From: a virus
Lineage: Duplodnaviria; Heunggongvirae; Uroviricota; Caudoviricetes
Virus record (IMG/VR): IMGVR_UViG_2802429253_000005
Location: 1 to 21,994 of that record
Length of the DNA stretch: 21,994 nt
Reading direction: 5' to 3' (one strand)
In this document: positions 1 to 6,170 of the stretch, one piece after another
Layout: each line of letters opens with the position of its first letter
Position numbering within the stretch: position 1 is the first letter of the stretch
The notes under the pieces: generated by a model
What the model saw: only the letters and a program-made list of their open reading frames with translations
Databases searched by the model: none
Told to the model about the DNA's origin: nothing
Made by a program: the position numbers and the translations under genes

Positions 1-158
1 TGTGAGTCAGCGAATTACATAGGGGCTCGCAGCTTTATGGCTGCAATAAAGCCGGATATAAAGCTGCAACCTACCGTCAATGTCAAAACAATGGAAGCTG
101 TGCAAAACGGGATGCGTTCATATAAATTCCCCATAGCTTCCCTACCAGGAAGGTAGGC

Positions 159-190
159 ATAAAAAACCAGCAATAACAGGCTGGTTTATA
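159..190 (-). terminator. Intrinsic terminator immediately downstream of the tRNA 3' end (minus-strand sense)
   Basis: Inverted repeat AAACCAGC (164-171) / GCTGGTTT (180-187) with an 8-nt loop; on the minus strand the stem is followed directly by a T-run (complement of A161-A166). Confidence 0.6.
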
Positions 191-199
191 TAATCTTTT

Positions 200-246
200 T
201 GGTCGGCACGAGAGGATTTGAACTTCCGATCCCCGACACCCCATGA
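200..246 (-). other. Partial tRNA gene, 3' ~46 nt only (tRNA-Pro-like); putative prophage attachment-site core
   Basis: Reverse complement reads CATGGGGTGTCGGGGATCGGAAGTTCAAATCCTCTCGTGCCGACCA: T-loop TTCAAATCC, acceptor 3' strand and terminal CCA. Sequence on the tRNA 5' side (247-290) has no matching acceptor strand (no CGGCACG), so the gene is not intact. tRNA-Pro identity is from memory of enterobacterial proL-type sequences, not from a search. Confidence 0.55.
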
Positions 247-540
247 CACTGCTTGTAAAACGCTGAGAGCCGCGCTATTGCTGGTTAAAAGCACTATTCA
301 TATGTATAAACAAACAGTGCTTTTTCAACAAAATCTGCTCTATATACTTCAATGGCTTAAGTGGTGGTTTCTCCCCATGCTTGGTAGGTATAATACCTTG
401 ATGCTAAAGTAGGTTACTCACTTGAAGAAACAGCTAGTTAGTATCAATTATGTTGCTCCAGCTGACTGAAAAAAGTTATCAATGATGCATGGAACATACG
501 CCCTTGAATTTTTCATTAGATTTTAGAAAAGGAATTGAGC

Positions 541-1422
541 ATGGGTTTAGCTGAGTGGTTTTGCGGATTTTGCTCCAATCTGACTGTAAAAGATGGTGGA
601 ACAATTTCAACTAGATATAGGAATATAACGAAGCGTTTAAATACGGATTTTTGGGATAGCAGTTCTGATACTTCTCATAGTCTCTACGTTGGATCATATG
701 GTCGGAACACAGCTACGCAAGGCTTGAGCGATCTGGATATGATTTTTCAGCTACCATATTCCGAGTATCAAAAATACAATAGCTACTTAGGAAATGGGCA
801 GTCAGCATTGCTTCAAGCGGTTAAGAGATCTATTGAAAAAACCTATGCTACCACTAGTATTAGAGGTGACGGTCAAGTGATCCTTGTACCGTTCAATGAT
901 GGAATTACATTTGAAGTCGTTCCAGCTTTCCTCAATGTTAGTGATAGTTACACATTTCCTGATGCGAACGGTGGTGGCCGTTGGAGGATTACAAATCCAA
1001 AGCCAGAAATTTCTGCAATGAGGTTAAGAAATAACATTACCAATAACAATTTGGTGCAACTTTGTAGAATGGCAAGAGCTTGGAAGCGTAAATGGGATGT
1101 ACCTATAAGTGGTTTACTCATTGATACGCTTGCGTATCAATTCATTGAAAATTGGGCGCATAGAGATAAGTCGTATCTTTACTACGATTTCATGAGTCGT
1201 GATTTCTTCAAATGGATGGCTGATCAAGATACGAGTAAGGAGTATTGGAAAGCGCCAGGAAGTGGTCAGTATGTCTATGGTAAAGGGCTTTTCCAATATA
1301 AAGCAAAACGGTGCTATAACATTTCACTCGAAGCTATAGAGCATGAAATGGCGACCCCAAAACGCGAATGGTCGGCTAAGCAAAAATGGCGGGAGATTTA
1401 TGGATCAACATTTCCAGACTAA
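541..1422 (+). CDS. Pol-beta superfamily nucleotidyltransferase, CD-NTase/SMODS-like (candidate signal synthase)
   Basis: ORF of 293 aa from ATG 541 (GGAA 6 nt upstream; the track's 535 start is TTG). Contains GSYGRNTATQGLSDLDMIF, i.e. a G[S]x9-13 Dh[DE]h nucleotidyltransferase active-site signature, with further acidic residues downstream (RGDGQ, FNDG). Size is typical of cGAS/DncV-like or SMODS enzymes, not of small MNT antitoxins. AT-rich codon usage. Confidence 0.6.
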   Translation: MGLAEWFCGFCSNLTVKDGGTISTRYRNITKRLNTDFWDSSSDTSHSLYVGSYGRNTATQGLSDLDMIFQLPYSEYQKYNSYLGNGQSALLQAVKRSIEKTYATTSIRGDGQVILVPFNDGITFEVVPAFLNVSDSYTFPDANGGGRWRITNPKPEISAMRLRNNITNNNLVQLCRMARAWKRKWDVPISGLLIDTLAYQFIENWAHRDKSYLYYDFMSRDFFKWMADQDTSKEYWKAPGSGQYVYGKGLFQYKAKRCYNISLEAIEHEMATPKREWSAKQKWREIYGSTFPD

Positions 1423-1981
1423 GGATACACCTGAATCTAGAAGGGTTTTAGAAGGGCAGATCAGAGAGTGTTATGGTCGGGTCGTTTACTCACATAAGAC
1501 GCATGAAAAATGCTCAGACATTCTCCTATCTCGACTATCTTCTATAAAGTTTTGGCAAATAATTCTCTCCGCCTTAACTACTGGAGGCTTTCTAGCAACT
1601 TTTTTCGGCGCGGGTGAAGTAGGCACGGGGGTTGGGATTGTTGTTTCAACACTGCTTCTCATTCTTAACGCTTATACCAAAGATTATGACCTTGGTGAGT
1701 TGGCGCAAAAACATAAGCAGGCTGCAAATGAGATCTGGTTAATCCGAGAAAAGTATTTATCATTGCTTACAGACTTAGCAATGGGTGAAAAACCAATCGA
1801 GCAATTGCAGTCAGAGCGGGATTCGTTACTCGAGAGTTTACATTCAGTGTATTCAGGCTCTCCTAGTACAACATTTGAAGCTTATAAAAAAGCACAGGAC
1901 GCATTAAAAAACAAAGAAGATTTAACATTTTCTGAAGAAGAAATAGATGCTTTTCTTCCCAAGGAACTGAAAAGAAGATAA
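1400..1981 (+). CDS. 2-TM membrane protein with helical C-terminal region (SLATT-like candidate effector)
   Basis: ATG at 1400 is in frame with track ORF 1343-1981 and overlaps the upstream gene's last 23 nt (coupled operon). Two adjacent hydrophobic helices (FWQIILSALTTGGFLATFF and VGTGVGIVVSTLLLILNAY) followed by a charged, helical tail. SLATT assignment is inference from architecture only. Confidence 0.5.
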   Translation: MDQHFQTKDTPESRRVLEGQIRECYGRVVYSHKTHEKCSDILLSRLSSIKFWQIILSALTTGGFLATFFGAGEVGTGVGIVVSTLLLILNAYTKDYDLGELAQKHKQAANEIWLIREKYLSLLTDLAMGEKPIEQLQSERDSLLESLHSVYSGSPSTTFEAYKKAQDALKNKEDLTFSEEEIDAFLPKELKRR

Positions 1982-1992
1982 ATATGTTGCGA

Positions 1993-2026
1993 GGGCAAAT
2001 ATAAATATTTGCCCCTATTTTTTTAT
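1993..2026 (+). terminator. Intrinsic terminator ending the nucleotidyltransferase/2-TM operon
   Basis: Perfect hairpin GGGCAAATA-TAAA-TATTTGCCC (1993-2014) followed by CTATTTTTTTATTT. Confidence 0.65.
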
Positions 2027-2122
2027 TTGTTAATATTAATTTTAGCAGGGCTAACTTTCCGGTAAGAATTAATTACTGGTCATATGCTCCTTGGTTAATA
2101 AAATTCTATGCCTTACTTGGTG

Positions 2123-2503
2123 CTAGCTGGCTTTAATTTCTCCATGTGGAACTACAACCCAGTCGATATGGTTTTGCGTGTAGATTTTAGTTGATTTCGC
2201 ATCGCTGTGTGCCATTCGTCCTTGTGGATCGATGCCCTGCTGATCAAAAAGATGTGCTGCTAAGGCGCGAATTTCGTGAAAGGTTGGCCTTTCATCCATC
2301 GGCCGTTTGTCATATAAACCCAGCTTGTCACGCGTAGCTGAAAACGACCGACTCAAATAGTCTGGTGCAACTTGAGTGGGATGAGAAACTTCTTTGCTGC
2401 GTTTAACCTGCCGTTCCGGGATCTGGTGAACGATAAATGGGCTGGCCACGTTATTGCGACTTTCATCAATGATCCGCTTCAATTCGTCACCAATCGGTGA
2501 CCG
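2123..2503 (-). pseudogene. int: Truncated lambda-family tyrosine integrase (C-terminal catalytic fragment only)
   Basis: Translation ends ...RPTFHEIRALAAHLFDQQGIDPQGRMAHSDAKSTKIYTQN..., matching the lambda Int C-terminus pattern (PTFHELRSLSARLY...GH.SD.M...Y) with the conserved Arg, His and Tyr. The frame hits a stop at 2504-2506 and the upstream sequence is unrelated, so ~230 N-terminal residues are missing. Confidence 0.8.
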
Positions 2504-2676
2504 CTACATGACGGGAACGCTTACAATCTATTAATGTCTACTAAGTGCTAGGAGCGGACATTGGTTAATGGGGATATGTCATTCGCCTGGGGCAGATCAA
2601 GAAAGTAAAAATCCCAGCTGTCGATAATTGGAATCCATGATAAGGTTTACGGGTAACTGATTGATAAATAAATTGA

Positions 2677-2874
2677 ATGGAATATGGAAAAATGACAAAG
2701 TCAATAGCGGATAAATCTGTAACTGATTTAACTAAAGAAATCGATAAATTAAAGAAAATTGCCAAAGATCTTGAAGATGTATTACCAGAAAAAACACCAC
2801 AAATTAATTCAGCAAAAAAAATCATTGACGATGCAATAAACGAAAGAGAAAAAGAGATAGAAAAGCGTTTCTAA
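2677..2874 (+). CDS. Small highly charged, probably coiled-coil protein (hypothetical)
   Basis: 65-aa ORF (alternative in-frame ATG at 2692) rich in K/E/D with heptad-like spacing; AT-rich; followed by a hairpin terminator. No recognisable family. Confidence 0.35.
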   Translation: MEYGKMTKSIADKSVTDLTKEIDKLKKIAKDLEDVLPEKTPQINSAKKIIDDAINEREKEIEKRF

Positions 2875-2897
2875 GCATAACAATAGACTAGTCTCTG

Positions 2898-2927
2898 GGA
2901 GGCCGTACCAGCGGCCTTTCTTCTTCC
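2898..2927 (+). terminator. Intrinsic terminator after the small coiled-coil ORF
   Basis: Hairpin AGGCCG-TACCAG-CGGCCT followed by TTCTTCTTCCC (moderately T-rich). Confidence 0.4.
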
Positions 2928-3240
2928 CGTAATCTAGTAAAATCGTCGGTTTTTAATCAATTAATTAACTCATCTATTACCAACTCCTGGTTGGTTGCTA
3001 ATGATGTCATAGTGTCGCTAACGGCCTGAATTACTCAGTCCGTTCTTCGCTCAAAGCGGGCTAGAAGGTTAGCTTGCGTCGGACTTGGCGTATTTAAAGA
3101 AGTGCTGGTGGTGACAGGTTATTATGTTCCATTTCTACAGAACAAAATCACAGAAACTATACCCAATAGTTGTATTGAATCACTGACGAGACAGCCTCAT
3201 ATTTATCAGGACTGGTGTACGTCCAATACAGGAGGTTGTG

Positions 3241-3330
3241 GTGCTGGTTCTCAAATGTGCGCTGGCTATTGCTGCTGTAATGGCAATTTATTGCCTTGCT
3301 GTTGTTCTTATGGATCGCCTTTCTGACTGA
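3241..3330 (+). CDS. Possible small hydrophobic membrane peptide (29 aa)
   Basis: Strong AGGAGG (3230-3235) 5 nt upstream of GTG 3241; frame reads (M)LVLKCALAIAAVMAIYCLAVVLMDRLSD, one predicted TM helix with a short charged tail. The track's Cys-rich 74-aa ORF is an alternative frame of the same DNA. Confidence 0.3.
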   Translation: MLVLKCALAIAAVMAIYCLAVVLMDRLSD

Positions 3331-3541
3331 TTTCATATTGGCGAGGTAACGGGAGTTAAGTAGAATGGCTGCGGGTGCTTGAGGCTATCTGTCTCAGGCA
3401 TGAACACCAAAGGCAGATAGAGAAAAGCCCCAGTTAACATTACGCGTCCTGCAAGACGCTTAACATTAATCTGAGGCTCAATCTATGAACGGCAAATCTA
3501 GGTTAGCCTCTTACGTGCCGAAAGGCAAGGAGAAGCAGGCT

Positions 3542-3697
3542 ATGAAGCAGCAAAAGGCGATGCTAATCGCCCTGATCGTCATCTGTTTAACCGTCATAGT
3601 GACGGCACTGGTAACGAGGAAAGACCTCTGCGAGGTACGAATCCGAACCGGCCAGACGGAGGTCGCTGTCTTCACAGCTTACGAACCTGAGGAGTAA
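3542..3697 (+). CDS. hok: Hok/Gef-family type I toxin (membrane-depolarising peptide)
   Basis: 51-aa product MKQQKAMLIALIVICLTVIVTALVTRKDLCEVRIRTGQTEVAVFTAYEPEE is near-identical to the HokD/RelF and Gef consensus as I recall it; GGAG-type RBS upstream of ATG 3542; the track ORF from 3485 is an in-frame upstream extension. Confidence 0.85.
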   Translation: MKQQKAMLIALIVICLTVIVTALVTRKDLCEVRIRTGQTEVAVFTAYEPEE

Positions 3698-3705
3698 GAG
3701 ACCAG

Positions 3706-3785
3706 GCGGGGGAGAAATCCCTCGCCACCTCTGATGTGTCAGGCATCCTCAATGCACCCACACTTAACCCGCTTCGGCGTTTTTC
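3706..3785 (+). other. Structured 3' UTR of the hok transcript (GNRA-loop hairpin plus weak UUCG-loop terminator)
   Basis: GGCGGGGGA-GAAA-TCCCTCGCC hairpin (3706-3727, one G-U pair) and AACCCGCTTCGGCGTTTTT (3766-3785). hok mRNAs are known to carry 3' fold-back elements. Confidence 0.45.
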
Positions 3786-3839
3786 CGTTGATTAACTCTA
3801 TTATCAGAGAACCGAACTTTTACTGATGGGGGCAGGGAG

Positions 3840-4232
3840 ATGAAGAAACTTGTTTTAGTTGCAGGTGTAATGATTGCAACAGTAATGTTGGGAGGGTGTG
3901 CAGCAAAGATCGATCCTGCGTTGAAAGCAGAAGCAATGAAACCACTAACATGTAAAGATGAAAAGCAATGTGACTTTTATTGGAAACGAGCGCAATTCTG
4001 GTTGGCTAATAATTCCTCATGGAAAATTCAAACGGCGACAGACACGCTAATTTCCACTTATAACCCTTCACCAAATAGCCCATTCCTCGCTTATCAAGTG
4101 AGTAAAATGCCAAATGAAGATGGATCTGCAAGAATTTTCATCAAGCCTTTTTGCGATAATATGTTTGGCTGTCAACCAAACCCCTATCAGGCAATTGTTT
4201 CCTTTAAAAACTTCGTTAAAACTGGGCAGTAA
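3840..4232 (+). CDS. Secreted lipoprotein, Cys-rich (hypothetical; possible moron)
   Basis: N-terminal signal peptide MKKLVLVAGVMIATVMLGGC with an L-G-G-C lipobox; GGGAG RBS 5 nt upstream; six cysteines in the mature part; own terminator downstream. Confidence 0.7.
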   Translation: MKKLVLVAGVMIATVMLGGCAAKIDPALKAEAMKPLTCKDEKQCDFYWKRAQFWLANNSSWKIQTATDTLISTYNPSPNSPFLAYQVSKMPNEDGSARIFIKPFCDNMFGCQPNPYQAIVSFKNFVKTGQ

Positions 4233-4361
4233 TGTATAGCGGGACGGTAAATTATTAGTGAAAACGCTGTAAACCCTATGGATTGAGTCAGGATTTAATC
4301 CGATAATTATTCTATCGTTCCTTTACAAGTCCGGCATATTACCTTCAGTTTGTTTTAGCAT

Positions 4362-4388
4362 ACCCGCTTCGGCGGGTTTTGTTTTTTT
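4362..4388 (+). terminator. Intrinsic terminator after the lipoprotein gene
   Basis: CCCGC-TTCG-GCGGG hairpin (4363-4376) followed by TTTTGTTTTTTT. Confidence 0.7.
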
Positions 4389-4459
4389 CTGGCATTCTGG
4401 TTTACAATACGCACGCCAGCCTGAACAACTGGCACCTGCTGCGCCAGCAGAGACAACCG

Positions 4460-4732
4460 ATGGCGCACAATACCAAACATCACAATTCTGATACCGACCT
4501 TGCCAGCAGGCACGGGCTGCGTTCTCACGCATTCAAATATGACTGGTATCAGCACGATCCCTGCACTGAAGAACAGGCCGAATGGCTGATTCATAACTAC
4601 CGCAGACGTGGGTATGAGTTTAAGAAAGCCCTTAGCCTCGACTACCGTCACTGGATAATCTACGTCAGGCTCCCTTATTCCGAACGCCCGCCGCGTCCAT
4701 CCCGCACATTCCAGCAACGCATCTGGAGGTAA
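4460..4732 (+). CDS. Hypothetical phage protein (90 aa), translationally coupled to the downstream DUF968-like gene
   Basis: ATG 4460 in frame with track ORF 4379-4732 (the 4379 start lies inside the terminator hairpin); stop TAA 4730-4732 sits just before GTG 4734; basic, His/Arg-rich product with no recognised motif. Confidence 0.4.
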   Translation: MAHNTKHHNSDTDLASRHGLRSHAFKYDWYQHDPCTEEQAEWLIHNYRRRGYEFKKALSLDYRHWIIYVRLPYSERPPRPSRTFQQRIWR

Positions 4733-4733
4733 C

Positions 4734-5789
4734 GTGCGGGTATTACTTCGACCTGTTCCGGTACCGGAACTTGGGCTGGTGGTGCTAAAGCCGGGCCGTG
4801 AATCCATGCAGGTATTTCATAATCCTCGAGTGCTGGTGGAACCGGAGCCAAAAAGCATGCGTAATCTGCCGTCCGGGGTCGTTCCTGCCGTTCGCCAGCC
4901 GCTGGCGGAGGATAAATCATTACTGCCATTTTTCAGCGACGAACGAGTGATTCGTGCTGCTGGTGGCGCTGGCGCATTGTCTGACTGGTTACTGCGCCAT
5001 GTTAAATCCTGCCAGTGGCCATACGGCGATTATCACCACAGTGAAACCGTCATTCACCGTTATGGCGCTGGCGCGATGGTGTTGTGCTGGCACTGCGACA
5101 ACCAGCTGCGTGACCAGACATCCGAATCACTCGAGCAACTTGCTCATCAAAACCTGTCAGCATGGATGATTGACGTCATACGCCATGCAATGAATGGCAC
5201 GCAGGAGCGGGAGTTATCGCTGGCTGAATTATCCTGGTGGGCGGTCTGCAATCAAGTGGCGGACGCGCTTCCGGAGGCAGTATTACGTCGTTCTTTGGGG
5301 TTACGTGCGGAAAAAATCCGCTCCTTGTACCGCGAAAGCGACATCGTACCGGGAGAGCAGACCGCCACCAGCATACTGAAGCAGCGCACAAAAAATCTTG
5401 CGCCGCTGCCTCACGCCCACCAGCAAAACCCGCCACAGGAAAAGACGGTGGTCAGCATTGCTGTTGATCCGGAGTCACCGGCTCAGTATCTCCAGCGCCA
5501 GAAACCACAACGGGAAGAGATGCCTGTATACACGCGCTGGGTAAAAACGCAGAAATGCATGACGTGCGGTAATCAGGCAGATGATCCGCATCACATCATT
5601 GGTCATGGACTGGGAGGGATGGGAACAAAGGCTGATGATTTGTTTGTTATTCCGCTGTGCCGTAAATGTCATAACGAACTGCACGCCGGGGTAAAAGATT
5701 TTGAAGAAAAACACGGCAGCCAGCTGTTGTTGCTGATTCGTTTTTTAATGCACGCGAGAAATTCGGGTGTCCTGAAGTGGAAAGCATAA
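4734..5789 (+). CDS. DUF968-like prophage protein with Cys/His zinc-binding clusters and a C-terminal HNH-like motif (YdfU-like)
   Basis: GTG 4734 preceded by GGAGG (4723-4727). Motifs CWHCDNQLRD and C-terminal CMTCGN...HHIIGHG...CRKCHNELH. Position directly upstream of rusA and Q matches lambdoid nin regions. Confidence 0.65.
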   Translation: MRVLLRPVPVPELGLVVLKPGRESMQVFHNPRVLVEPEPKSMRNLPSGVVPAVRQPLAEDKSLLPFFSDERVIRAAGGAGALSDWLLRHVKSCQWPYGDYHHSETVIHRYGAGAMVLCWHCDNQLRDQTSESLEQLAHQNLSAWMIDVIRHAMNGTQERELSLAELSWWAVCNQVADALPEAVLRRSLGLRAEKIRSLYRESDIVPGEQTATSILKQRTKNLAPLPHAHQQNPPQEKTVVSIAVDPESPAQYLQRQKPQREEMPVYTRWVKTQKCMTCGNQADDPHHIIGHGLGGMGTKADDLFVIPLCRKCHNELHAGVKDFEEKHGSQLLLLIRFLMHARNSGVLKWKA

Positions 5790-6170
5790 ATGACTGAGCG
5801 CATAGAATTTGTTTTGCCTTACCCGCCGTCGGTGAACACCTACTGGCGCCGTCGTGGTGGCGTATATTTTGTATCAAAAGCCGGTGAGCGTTATCGCCGG
5901 GATGTGGCGCTTATTGTTCGCCAGCAGCGACTGAAATTAAATCTGTCCGGTAGATTGGCAATCAGGATTATTGCAGAGCCACCGGATAAGCGCCGCCGCG
6001 ACCTGGACAATATCCTGAAGGCACCACTGGATGCACTGACACATGCAGGACTGCTTATCGACGATGAGCAGTTTGACGAAATCAATATAGTGCGCGGTCA
6101 GCTCGTTCCTGGTGGTCGACTGGGCGTGAAAATTTACGAAATAATGCATGACGGGCAGGTCAATAAATGA
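5790..6170 (+). CDS. rusA: Holliday-junction resolvase RusA
   Basis: 126-aa product with PYPPSVNTYWRRRGG...RRRDLDNILKAPLDAL...DDEQ, matching RusA family motifs (PPS.N.Y, RRRDLDN, catalytic acidic residues). ATG overlaps the upstream stop (TAAATG). Confidence 0.85.
   Translation: MTERIEFVLPYPPSVNTYWRRRGGVYFVSKAGERYRRDVALIVRQQRLKLNLSGRLAIRIIAEPPDKRRRDLDNILKAPLDALTHAGLLIDDEQFDEINIVRGQLVPGGRLGVKIYEIMHDGQVNK

Noticed and set aside
218-412. 64-aa plus-strand ORF at the left end
   Set aside because: It starts inside the tRNA fragment/att core, has no ribosome-binding site and gives a low-complexity product; most likely non-coding att-arm DNA.
3102-3326. 74-aa ORF with an extremely Cys-rich C-terminus (GGCGAGSQMCAGYCCCNGNLLPCCCSYGSPF), considered as a RiPP or microcin-like precursor
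   Set aside because: The Cys run is what GCT/GTT/TGC-rich DNA gives in this register. A different frame on the same DNA has a consensus AGGAGG and encodes a plausible hydrophobic peptide. No modification enzyme, transporter or immunity gene is adjacent.
2900-3541. relE/relB antitoxin-toxin genes upstream of hok, as in the K-12 Qin arrangement
   Set aside because: No ORF in any frame resembles RelE or RelB; the region holds only the small hydrophobic peptide frame and the hok leader.
4323-4929. Minus-strand ORFs 4323-4532, 4355-4807 and 4675-4929
   Set aside because: They run through the plus-strand terminator hairpin and antisense to two translationally coupled plus-strand genes; Pro/Arg/Gly-rich products typical of antisense frames in GC-rich coding DNA.
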